The notes under the pieces were generated by a model that worked only from the letters and a program-made list of their open reading frames with translations, had not been told where the DNA came from and did not search any database. 64,000 bases of DNA from Williopsis jadinii (taxonomy: Eukaryota): positions 1,550,001 to 1,614,000 of the forward strand of contig AP024665.1 of assembly GCA_024346625.1 (NCBI GenBank), given 5' to 3'. Every line of letters starts with the position of its first letter. Positions within the stretch are counted from its first letter, which is position 1. Shown piece after piece: positions 13,115-22,904 of this stretch. Both the position numbers and the translations under genes were made by a program.

Positions 13115-15922
13115 TCATTTCTCATCCTCAATGTAATCTGGGTTCTTCTTCAAGATGACAATTCCATCCAGGAAGGATGAGAGGGCAACGTATTCACTGT
13201 TCTCTTCCAACTCTGCCTTTTCACCATAGCCCAATAGCACCGGTGTTGTCTGTGTAACCCATCCTGTGATTGTCTTTGGGTTACCAGCTTGACCAACAAC
13301 GTCGACGGCTTTACCAACTCTCACTGTAACTGGAAGCTCATTCAATTCTTCATCAACGGTAACCAGCACCCTCGGACGTGCCGCACTACACAAAAAGTAG
13401 AGCAAGTAGTGATGCTCCAAGATGAAGCTTGGATCGACAAATGCAACGGTAACGGTCAACAAGGACGCAAGTGTAACCTTTGAGAGGATTCTACCTTCTG
13501 TGGTGAATGGGTTAAGCGTCAAGGTACCTTTACCTAGATGTGTCAAACCTTGTGCGATTCTAGTGGCGAAAAGCGCATTGCCATCACGATGATACGCAGC
13601 CAACTGTCTAAACAACTGGGCCAATCTTGCATTATTTGTACCGGTACCGATCAAACCCATCGCGAATATAGCATTAATCGCAACGTCAATGTCCTGGTCA
13701 TGGGACATTCTAGAGAGCGATTCAATGATATTTACCTGAGGATTAGCAGTTGAGAGCAAACCAACACCTAGTGGAACAGCACGACGGATGGAATCAGAAC
13801 CATAATCCAACAAGTGGCCATAGTGTCTTAAACTCATAGCCTTACCGATATCCTCACCCAGTGCAATCACTGCAATACCCAAAACAGCATACGCCAATGA
13901 TGCATCATCAGTGACCTTCTTCTCCTCATCTTCGTCGTCTTCGTCATCGTCGTCATTATCAGCCTTGCTGTTGCCTTCTTTATCCTCTGTGATTGTTGGT
14001 TCATCGTCATTTTGGGCATCGTCAAGATCGATATCACCATCAATGTCTGTTTTCACAGCCTTACTTTCACCGTTCTCCTCCTCCTCCTCATCATCATCTT
14101 CATCTTTAGTCTCTTCCTCTGATGGTGGGCCCTTTGGTGTCAAAATTTCGAACAAGCCTTGGATCTCAAGAACGTTACCAGTACCGGCATATGCACTAAT
14201 TCTTGTCAACACCTCTAAACTCTTGGAGATTGGATGTTCAATGGCTCTGATGGTTTCAAGAACGTCATCAACTTGTTCAGCCTTACCCATGAACAACAAA
14301 CCAAGACCCAGTGCCATGAATTTGATCCATTTGTTCTCCAATTGAGCGAAATCCCTCTCCAAAAGAGTCTGTAAAATAGTGGATGTAATTTCACCGTTAC
14401 ATGTACCAACAAAGGCATGACCAAGTGCCAATGCAGAAAGTACAGAAACTTCAATTGGCACTTCCAAGTTTGAGACCAAGGGGAGTAACAAGTTCAAGAG
14501 ATCCTCGTTTTGAGAACCAGAGAAGGACAGTGCCAATCCAAGAATAGCTGACATGGCGAGCTTCTTGTTAGAGTTTGTCACGTAGTCTTGAAGTAACAAC
14601 AACACAGATTCAACTTCATCGTGGACGCCTGCGCCGACAAGACCCATACCTAAAAGTGCACCAGCCTTGATTTCTTCCTCAGAAGAATACAAGTACTTGT
14701 CCAACGTTTGTAATCCATCGACATCCCACTGATGAATGGCACCGAAACTTGCCACAGTAGATAGCTTACCATCGCCTTTAGTCTTGTAGATCCAGTTTTC
14801 ATTCTCTGTGAGCATCTTATCGGTACCATAGCCCATATTTAAGAATGCATTGACAAAAGAAGACGCCAAGTTCTGCTTTGCAGAGTCGATTGTTGCCTCA
14901 TGACGTACACTCTCCAAGTGTGATTTGTAAATATCCTCTGGAAGCTTTGGTTCTTGCAAGTTCAGCTCCTTGATAACATATTGGAATTTTTCAGAGAGGT
15001 TTCTATTATCGATGAGATCTTGCACTTCTTCGTTCTTGAATGCCGAGTTCTGTTTAGAGAGCATTAGAGCCAATTGTTTCTTAACCGTGAGGTCATCGGT
15101 AGATTTGAAAACAGATTCAATCAATTCCTCGTCGTCGATTCTGATAGCAAGCGCTAACGCCTGTGTGAGTTCACCATGTTCCAAATAGATCGAGAACGCA
15201 GTTTGTAAGAACTCCAAATCATCTGGAGGTGGCAACAAAGGCACACAGCTCACCAAGTACAGTCCAACTCTTCTGAAGATATTCTTATCAACAAACTGTG
15301 GCAACTCGCTAATGTTATCGGTCTCGAGCAATAGATCCACGGCATCCGCCTCCTGGTTATGTTTCAAAAAGAAGGGAACGATCTTAAGCACAATGCTCTT
15401 GATCTCTGCCTCGTCAAACTGCGTCTCTCCAGACTCCAAGCTCTCGTTGGTAGCATCTCCAATCTCCAATGCCAAGTGACGAATGTACTCATGGCCCCAG
15501 TCCGTATAGGACTCCTCACCAGAGATGAGTCTGAACTTGAGAGCATCGTGCTTACCGTTGTCGGAGTGTGTCATGCTCAACACTGAAAGGATGTCGGCGA
15601 ATCTGGACTTGAGCGCTGGATCGCTCCACGATTCAAATGCCTTCACGAGGGCCTCATAGTGCGGATGCAAGAACTTCAACGGCTTAGGAACAGCGGTCAT
15701 CGACGTTGTGGACGACGATATCTGCTCCTTCAGTTGATCCAAGGCCTGTGAATACAGCGATGAATCCTCCTCAGTCAACCGCTCAACAAGCAACTCCAAA
15801 TCGTTCTTCAACTTCTCATCCTCCTCAGAGATCTCCTCTTCTTCTGTCTTCTTCTGTTCTGGCTTCACAGCCTTTGGCTCCTCCGGCGGTTTCGCAGTGT
15901 TCTCTTGTGTATTGGCTGCCAT
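13115..15922 (-). CDS. RPN1: 26S proteasome regulatory subunit Rpn1
   Basis: SSTTSMTAVPKPLKFL, PC repeats, C-terminal VRVGKAVDVVGQAGNPKTITG, acidic insertion. Confidence 0.96.
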   Translation of the reverse strand: MAANTQENTAKPPEEPKAVKPEQKKTEEEEISEEDEKLKNDLELLVERLTEEDSSLYSQALDQLKEQISSSTTSMTAVPKPLKFLHPHYEALVKAFESWSDPALKSRFADILSVLSMTHSDNGKHDALKFRLISGEESYTDWGHEYIRHLALEIGDATNESLESGETQFDEAEIKSIVLKIVPFFLKHNQEADAVDLLLETDNISELPQFVDKNIFRRVGLYLVSCVPLLPPPDDLEFLQTAFSIYLEHGELTQALALAIRIDDEELIESVFKSTDDLTVKKQLALMLSKQNSAFKNEEVQDLIDNRNLSEKFQYVIKELNLQEPKLPEDIYKSHLESVRHEATIDSAKQNLASSFVNAFLNMGYGTDKMLTENENWIYKTKGDGKLSTVASFGAIHQWDVDGLQTLDKYLYSSEEEIKAGALLGMGLVGAGVHDEVESVLLLLQDYVTNSNKKLAMSAILGLALSFSGSQNEDLLNLLLPLVSNLEVPIEVSVLSALALGHAFVGTCNGEITSTILQTLLERDFAQLENKWIKFMALGLGLLFMGKAEQVDDVLETIRAIEHPISKSLEVLTRISAYAGTGNVLEIQGLFEILTPKGPPSEEETKDEDDDEEEEENGESKAVKTDIDGDIDLDDAQNDDEPTITEDKEGNSKADNDDDDEDDEDEEKKVTDDASLAYAVLGIAVIALGEDIGKAMSLRHYGHLLDYGSDSIRRAVPLGVGLLSTANPQVNIIESLSRMSHDQDIDVAINAIFAMGLIGTGTNNARLAQLFRQLAAYHRDGNALFATRIAQGLTHLGKGTLTLNPFTTEGRILSKVTLASLLTVTVAFVDPSFILEHHYLLYFLCSAARPRVLVTVDEELNELPVTVRVGKAVDVVGQAGNPKTITGWVTQTTPVLLGYGEKAELEENSEYVALSSFLDGIVILKKNPDYIEDEK

Positions 15923-16057
15923 TTGACGTGCTGATATTGTGAAGTTAAGCGCCTCAATGGATTAGCTGTTTATCGTCAACGGCGGCTGTTTGATCAGGGT
16001 TGTTTTGATATTCTTCGTCGTTGTTTTTGTTGTGTTTTTCGAAGGCTTTGAGCTCAC

Positions 16058-16067
16058 AGTGGCAAAA
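16058..16067. promoter_or_regulatory. PACE-like (Rpn4) element upstream of RPN1
   Basis: AGTGGCAAAA about 140 nt upstream of the RPN1 ATG; one-base variant of the canonical GGTGGCAAA. Confidence 0.6.
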
Positions 16068-16239
16068 GCAGAAAAACAAAGCAGCTCCGAGGTACACTGA
16101 GGGAAATCCGAGGGTACATGGTGTACGGGTGTATCATATACACTTTATTACAGACCGCTTTGGCAAAGTTTCTCTACGGTTTAAGCCTGATTTCTCTCTT
16201 CAATTGAGTCAATTATATAGTACAGTGTCTAGAAATAGG

Positions 16240-18615
16240 TTATCTTTGAAAAGCACTCAAGTAGTCGCCCTTGAATGCATGGTCCAACCATGAGAATAAC
16301 TTGTCGTAGATGATACTGTTGGCGTTGTGGAATCTGATGGCATGGTCAGAGTCTGGGAATACATGGAGATCGTAGTTCTCAGCACCAGCCAAGTCCAACT
16401 TGTCCAATAGCTTTGCACTGTTTTGGAAATGTACATTATCATCACCAGTTCCGTGACATAGAAGGAACCTCTTAGCCTTCATCAATTGAGTGATGTTATG
16501 CACTGCTGATTGAGCATAACCGTCAGCATTGTTCTGCGGCGTATGCATATATCTCTCTGTATATACAGAGTCGTAGAGTGCCCAATCTGTGACAGGGGCT
16601 ACTGACATGCCGTAGCTAAAGGTTTCTCCTGCGTCACGCTCAAGCGTTTTCAAGGTCATATAGCCTCCGTAGCTCCATCCAAATATCGCAATTCTGGTGG
16701 AATCGATGTACTTCTTCTGCGACCAATGCTTTGCAGCTGCAATTTGATCAATAACTTCGTAATGGCCCAAGTTATCCCTGACAAGGGATCTGAAGCCACG
16801 TCCTTTGAATCCTGTACCACGACCATCAACAGTGACAACAATGGCGTCTAATTGGGCCGACACAACTTCAGGGAATCCCAACGAAAATGTCTTTGTAACC
16901 AGCTGTGAACCTGGACCTCCATACATGAAGAACAACATTGGGTATTGCTTCTTCGGGTCAAATTGTGGTGGTAATCTTTCAACGTAGTTAACCTTTGCAG
17001 TTCCAATGTCAACTTCGCCATAAACCTTCTCAGGTATTTCAAAATCTTCCAATAAATGTGACAATTTGTCGTTTGTCTCTAAAGGTCTTGAATCCCCAGT
17101 ATATAAGTCTAATAAACTCTGCGATGGAATCCCAGGACCTCTCTTGGTCAAGGAAACGTATCTTGCTCCTGAAGAGAAGGACGCAGAGAACCAAGCTTCA
17201 CCTTTGGTGAGTGATTTAATCTCACCTGAATGGATATCCACAGAATACAAATGTCTTTCAATGGATGAAACCTCGGTTGAGAAGAAGTACACCAAATCTT
17301 TTGCATAGTCAAACGCAGAAGGTGCATCGACAACTTCCCACTCGCCCTGGGTTAACAATTTTGGAGTTGAATTGTTAGGAGGAGTGAAGTATGCCAAATG
17401 GTTATAACCATTAACAGACACAGTATCGATATAACCATCAAGCTCGCGTGTTTCCGATTTTGGGATGAATAACGTATCATGGGTGATTTCAAACCAGCTA
17501 TCAGTCTCTTCATCTCTAACTATGCTTATAGACGAACTGTGGGCGTTTATCAAAACAACTTTTAAGAAGTCTGCCTCTCTGTTGACCGATTTCAACAATA
17601 ATTGCTCGTTCCCGACCCAAACAACCTCTGTAAAGATGTCATCCTGATATTCAATGTAATCCGTAACATTAGAATGGATATTGTACAATGCCAATGAAAC
17701 ATTTGGATTTGGATAGCCTGGTTTAGGGTACTTAATCTCTCTTAGCTCTGGGTAAGGAGAATCATCCTGAACGAAATAGGTGATTGGGAAGTCTGGTACC
17801 AAAGAGTCATTTGTCCTCAAGAATGCAACATAGTCACCTTTTGGAGACCACCACAGTGCGCTTTCATCTTCGAACACCTCCTCCTCATACACCCAGTCCG
17901 GTTTACCATTGAATATTTCGTCACCTCCGTCAAAAGAAGCTCTTGTTGACGTGTGGGTCTTATAGTCGTAGACGTAAACGTCATTGTCCAAGACATAGGC
18001 AATGTGTGTCGACGTTGGGGACCACGTAGCGAACGACAACTTCTCAGAGCTCAACGGGGTGATCCGCTGTGTTTCAACGTCCAACACCCAGTGTAGAGCA
18101 AACGACGAGTGTCTCCAATGTTGAGTCCAGTTCGTTTGCACAATAGCCATCTCCAAGTTTGGGCTTGCAACGAACGCAGAGATGGTATAATTGATGTGAT
18201 CAAAGAAGAAATGTGACGAATTGAACAAGTACTTCTCGTAATTGTCATCCTGGATGGATTTAACAAGGTACTTCCCCTTATCGCTAGTTGCGAATGTCCC
18301 CTTATCGTCTTTGAACGAATCAGGCTCCGAGATCCATTGAATCGACTTGTACTCCGGCGCAAACGATGAGTTCCTGACCTGCGGAAACCCAATTCGCCCA
18401 GAGACGTTGAAGTCAGCGTACTGTTGTCTCAGTTGTAGCAGAGAGATGAGGCCATCGTCATCTTGAAGTAGTGAACGTTGTGTTGATACCTCGCGCAGAT
18501 GAGCCACACCGGCAATGAGGAGCACAGACCCCCACACCAGGGCAACTAGGGTCATTCCAGCGAGATAGGAAGGTCGACGACGGTTGTGAAGAGCCGGTTC
18601 GGTCTCTGGCTTCAT
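16240..18615 (-). CDS. DAP2: Dipeptidyl aminopeptidase B (S9B, type II membrane protein)
   Basis: Short cytosolic N-terminus plus TM helix, DWVYEEE, GWSYGG nucleophile, DDNVH and DSDH. Syntenic position next to RPN1 favours DAP2 over STE13. Confidence 0.88.
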   Translation of the reverse strand: MKPETEPALHNRRRPSYLAGMTLVALVWGSVLLIAGVAHLREVSTQRSLLQDDDGLISLLQLRQQYADFNVSGRIGFPQVRNSSFAPEYKSIQWISEPDSFKDDKGTFATSDKGKYLVKSIQDDNYEKYLFNSSHFFFDHINYTISAFVASPNLEMAIVQTNWTQHWRHSSFALHWVLDVETQRITPLSSEKLSFATWSPTSTHIAYVLDNDVYVYDYKTHTSTRASFDGGDEIFNGKPDWVYEEEVFEDESALWWSPKGDYVAFLRTNDSLVPDFPITYFVQDDSPYPELREIKYPKPGYPNPNVSLALYNIHSNVTDYIEYQDDIFTEVVWVGNEQLLLKSVNREADFLKVVLINAHSSSISIVRDEETDSWFEITHDTLFIPKSETRELDGYIDTVSVNGYNHLAYFTPPNNSTPKLLTQGEWEVVDAPSAFDYAKDLVYFFSTEVSSIERHLYSVDIHSGEIKSLTKGEAWFSASFSSGARYVSLTKRGPGIPSQSLLDLYTGDSRPLETNDKLSHLLEDFEIPEKVYGEVDIGTAKVNYVERLPPQFDPKKQYPMLFFMYGGPGSQLVTKTFSLGFPEVVSAQLDAIVVTVDGRGTGFKGRGFRSLVRDNLGHYEVIDQIAAAKHWSQKKYIDSTRIAIFGWSYGGYMTLKTLERDAGETFSYGMSVAPVTDWALYDSVYTERYMHTPQNNADGYAQSAVHNITQLMKAKRFLLCHGTGDDNVHFQNSAKLLDKLDLAGAENYDLHVFPDSDHAIRFHNANSIIYDKLFSWLDHAFKGDYLSAFQR

Positions 18616-19282
18616 TGTGCTCGGAGAAATTGTGATTGAGAGCTTGACTCGTGCAATTGATTATGTCTTTGTGGTGTCTTCTGTGCAAGTTATTATACCT
18701 AAAGAATGCAGGAAGTGGTTATCGCTACTGCCCCCCTCAGAAACGGGTACTAAAATAGATGTCCGGGTGTACGTCTTTTGTCCTCTTCCGCCTCCCGGCC
18801 ATTCTCAGTTACCCGGCCTGCTCAACAAATTGTCCTGTTTTGTTTTGTGTTGGTTCCTTAACGCTTGGTATTTTCCGCGAATTAGAAACTAGCAAACGTG
18901 ATCAAGAAACCCCCGCCCACCGCCGTAAAGCGTTCTCAAAAAAAAACTTGGACAAATCTTTAAAAAGGGGGCGTGGCCCCTCGAAAAAGGGGCAAAAAAA
19001 CTTCTCCAACCATTTCCCAAATCCTCCCACACACCCCCAAACACCCACCAACGATCGTATTGGTAAAGGCAGGATCAATTTGTGTTGTCTCGCTCAATCA
19101 CAACCCACCCCCTATAGGACAAAGTGACACATCCCAAAAACACCGGACAGGAGACACACAAGGCAAGTGAAAGGTAAACATCCAGACAGGGACACACGCA
19201 CCACACACACGCTATAACCACTCAACGGAAAAACCAGACAGGACAAGGGGGACGAAGTTAAAGCTGACGCCACCAATTCGAG

Positions 19283-20551
19283 ATGTCAACAGAGTCACAA
19301 CAAGCCGCCACCAACGTCTTGAACGCAATTAACGAGCACGTTAAACATGAGCGTGGACAAGACGCACAGTCCCAGCCTCCGCAGGACGTTGACCTTCAAG
19401 TCGGTCAAGTATCTGGTGATCACGGCGACCAAGGGACTGGCCATGTCCAAGTCCAAGTCCAAGTCCCACAGGGCCAGGGGGACCACGATGTATCGCAGGA
19501 CGCTCAACAACAGTACCAGCAATTGACCCAGAACCAATTCTACCAACAGCAGGTGCAGCAACAGCAGGCGCAACAGCAGCAGAGACTGACACAGGAACAA
19601 TTGGCCCAGTATACTCAACAGCTTCCAAATGCGTTCCCTCAGTCGTCGTACGCACAAACTGCGCACCAATTGGCCCAACACTTACCGCAAGGCTCGGTGC
19701 TGGGTCAGCCTACTCACTTCCAACCAGTGGTGTTGCCTCAGAGCGAGTTCGGTTCAAGACAGGAGCTGGTGTCGTATATCCACCAGTACGCCCGTGATAA
19801 CGGGTTCGGTATTGTCATTTCCCACTCGAACGAAAAGGCAATCTACTTCACCTGCGAATTGGGAGGGACATACCGTAACAAGAGAAACATCAACGACAAG
19901 GAGCGTAAGCGGAAACTGACCACGAGAAAGATCAACTGTCCTTTCTCCATGGTTGCCAACTGCAAGAAGAACGAACAGGATGAAGTTGTCAAGTGGATTC
20001 TCAGGGTGACAAACCCTGAGCACAACCACGACAAACTGAATCTGAATGAGAGCTTCCCAATGCTGAGAAGAAGAAACCCAGAGATCAACCGTCAGATCAG
20101 AGAGCTGTACGCCAAGGGCAACAAGCCTCTCCTGATTGAAAAGATATTAAAGGACACCTTCAAGAACATTTTGATAAACAGAGAGGACATCTACAACGAG
20201 ACCAGAAAGATGAAGAGAGAAGAGAAGCTGAAATCTTCTGGGGATAATCACTTGCAGTCTCAAGACTCTGCTCGTGACTTGAAGAACACTGCTGACGATG
20301 CCTCATTTGACCAAAATTTACCAAATCTGTTACAGCAGACGTTACCATTGGGCTTGAACTCTTCGACCTACCAGGCTCTGCAGGGCTCAGATGCTCAGCA
20401 GTCTCAACAGTTCCAGGCTCAGGCCCAGGCTTTGTACAACCAGTCAGTGGTTAACCAAGCTTTGGCAAATGCTCAAGAGACAGCTGCGAAGGAGGATCCA
20501 AATTTGAGTAACATTGACATCACTTTGATCAAACAGCAAGGGTTGCAATGA
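19283..20551 (+). CDS. Gln-rich WRKY/GCM1 (FAR1/AFT-type) zinc-finger transcription factor, Rbf1-like
   Basis: Core ELVSYIHQYARDNGFGIVISHS...YFTCELGG...TRKINCPF...WILRVTNPEHNH (C...C...HxH) flanked by polyQ regions; resembles C. albicans Rbf1 from memory. Confidence 0.75.
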   Translation: MSTESQQAATNVLNAINEHVKHERGQDAQSQPPQDVDLQVGQVSGDHGDQGTGHVQVQVQVPQGQGDHDVSQDAQQQYQQLTQNQFYQQQVQQQQAQQQQRLTQEQLAQYTQQLPNAFPQSSYAQTAHQLAQHLPQGSVLGQPTHFQPVVLPQSEFGSRQELVSYIHQYARDNGFGIVISHSNEKAIYFTCELGGTYRNKRNINDKERKRKLTTRKINCPFSMVANCKKNEQDEVVKWILRVTNPEHNHDKLNLNESFPMLRRRNPEINRQIRELYAKGNKPLLIEKILKDTFKNILINREDIYNETRKMKREEKLKSSGDNHLQSQDSARDLKNTADDASFDQNLPNLLQQTLPLGLNSSTYQALQGSDAQQSQQFQAQAQALYNQSVVNQALANAQETAAKEDPNLSNIDITLIKQQGLQ

Positions 20552-20875
20552 TCTTTAATGACTCCATTACTCACTGCAATCTCCTCTGTGTCTTTCTTTC
20601 AGTCTTCTCTCTGACTTTTGTATTGTATTTTTACAGTGTTGGTCTCTCTGTTTCGGCTCACGGTGTTTCTTTCTTCTTTTTATGACTGTATCTTGCTTGT
20701 TTTTATCTTAGTCTAATTGTGTAAACGGTTCATATCAAGACCCGGATACCTACTTTATGTTTTCATACAACCTTGTAACATCTACACTAGCTTCAAACTA
20801 CACGTTGTGACTGTGAGATTAAACAGGTTTCAATAGTGGAATCTGCAAAACGACCAAAGGCTACTGAAGCCTGAT

Positions 20876-22303
20876 TCACCTTCTAATTCCATCCAATCCG
20901 TATCCTAACTCCCTCTCTAGATCGATAAACGAATCATTATACACCTCTTCAGGCTTAGGTGGTAAATCTGAGGTGAATTGACCTTGGGGTATACCGATCT
21001 GTCCCACTGGGCTCTCGCCAGCTTGTGGGAAAAACGACTGCTGTATTGGCGTGCCAAACTGGAACTGTTGCTGTTGTTGCTGTTCTGAAGCTGGTACTGC
21101 CGGTACACTTTCATGTATTTGGTCCTGTTGATACTGCTGCTCACTGTATTGGTCCTCCTGTTGATGTTGTCCATGTCCCATGGCCTCCGGGTTGGAGAGT
21201 TCCAATTGTTGTTCATCAATAGGCTTTCTCACAAACTCCCTGAAGCTCTCAACTTCCTCCAAGATCATGGTTCTCATTACGTCCAAATCGTCAACCTCTT
21301 CAAAAGTGAAGTCGAATTTCGATGCACAGATTGGCTCATCTGCTGGATCGTGCCATACTTTGAGGTAAGGATGTGTCAATGCCTCCTCAACGGTGATTCT
21401 CTTTGCAGGATCCAAACAGAGCATCCGGTCCAACAAGTCCAACGCATCTGGATTGGCATCTGGGTATAGCTGTGAGAAAGGCACCTTAGGCATAAACGGT
21501 AACGATCTTACATAGTCCTGCGCCCTTTGCGATCCAATTCTAGTTAGTGTTTCCTCTGCTGGTGTGCCAACAATGTACAAGATCTGGTTGAGTTGATCAA
21601 CGTAATCCTTACCCTTGAATATCGGCTTCCCACCAAGTAACTCAGCAAGTATACAACCAATGGACCAGACGTCGATGGCCTTTGTATAAGACTGGAAGCT
21701 GAGCATAATCTCCGGAGCTCTATACCAGCGAGTAGCAACGTATTCAGTTAGAAACCCGGTGTTCTTCTCAGGTATTGATGAATAGCCACGGGCAAGTCCA
21801 AAATCACAAATCTTCAACTCGCAATCAGCGTTGACAAGTAAGTTACCAGGCTTCAAATCCCTATGTAAAACATCGGCAGAATGGATGTACTTTAAACCAC
21901 AGAGAATCTGATATATGAAGCTCTGATAATGGGCATCTGTTAGGGGTTGTCCTGAACGGATGATCTGGTGCATATCGCACTCCATCAGCTCCTCATACAG
22001 GTAAACCTCGTTGAAGTCGTTCTTATTGACAATATCCAGATCGTATAGACACGTGATGTTCTTGTGACCTCTAAAATGTCTCAACAGCTTGATTTCTCTG
22101 AGTGCTCGTTTACACAAGATCTTCCTGCTGAAGATATTGGTCACCTTTTTGATCGCAACGGTGATGTCAGGTGTCTCTGTATAGCGTGCTGAGCACACAT
22201 TTCCATAAGCTCCGTGGCCTAGCTCCTTGATTAGCTCAAACCTCTTGTCGATGGTGAAGTCCTGTTGGAAGACGGTAAACGTGTGACGTTCTGGTTCTGC
22301 CAT
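20876..22303 (-). CDS. SLT2: Cell-wall-integrity MAP kinase
   Basis: [18 protein letters not shown] activation loop, Q-rich C-terminal tail ending [11 protein letters not shown]. Confidence 0.95.
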   Translation of the reverse strand: MAEPERHTFTVFQQDFTIDKRFELIKELGHGAYGNVCSARYTETPDITVAIKKVTNIFSRKILCKRALREIKLLRHFRGHKNITCLYDLDIVNKNDFNEVYLYEELMECDMHQIIRSGQPLTDAHYQSFIYQILCGLKYIHSADVLHRDLKPGNLLVNADCELKICDFGLARGYSSIPEKNTGFLTEYVATRWYRAPEIMLSFQSYTKAIDVWSIGCILAELLGGKPIFKGKDYVDQLNQILYIVGTPAEETLTRIGSQRAQDYVRSLPFMPKVPFSQLYPDANPDALDLLDRMLCLDPAKRITVEEALTHPYLKVWHDPADEPICASKFDFTFEEVDDLDVMRTMILEEVESFREFVRKPIDEQQLELSNPEAMGHGQHQQEDQYSEQQYQQDQIHESVPAVPASEQQQQQQFQFGTPIQQSFFPQAGESPVGQIGIPQGQFTSDLPPKPEEVYNDSFIDLERELGYGLDGIRR

Positions 22304-22904
22304 TCTCTATCGGTGTATATGTGTATATGGGCTGTGTGTTTGTTGCTGAAACGAAACTGAGACAACAGTAGGAAAGTTAGGGTATAATATTATTGAGGAG
22401 GGAACAAGTCGATCTGATTTACAGTTGCCAGTGTTACTCCCCTTCGACTGTAATCAGCACAAGGTCACAAGCGTTGTTTTATACCACAAAAGAATAGGCA
22501 GAATGTGTAATAAAGACCCCTATGGTGTCGAAACTAGAACAAAAGGACAATTAAAATCTCAATTGAAAAGATATTACTCTCTTCAAGTAGTCCTGATGAT
22601 TCTCAAATCTCTTGATATTTGATATGTGCTCCGAGAAAGAACTTCTGTCCTCCAATTTTGAGGTTTTTTCATCCCCTTCTAAAAAAAACTACTTTTCCAA
22701 CCCCCCCTCTCCAAACGAGAGCCCTTCTTCATTCCCGTGCGCTTGTTCTTTTTTTGGCAACAGCCCACCGAAAGTGCAAGAATGCACGTTAACGTGTACA
22801 AGTATGGACGGCGAAAGCTGCGAAGAAGGGAAAAAATAATGCCATGTGCCCCATTTAATCTTCCATTTAACCCCCACTGTTTTTCCTGCTCCTCCTCTCT
22901 TGGT

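Noticed and set aside
16240..18615. DAP2 as a clustered processing enzyme for the yapsin repeat peptides
   Set aside because: Its position is ancestral synteny 20 kb away, and the predicted peptides do not begin with X-Pro or X-Ala.
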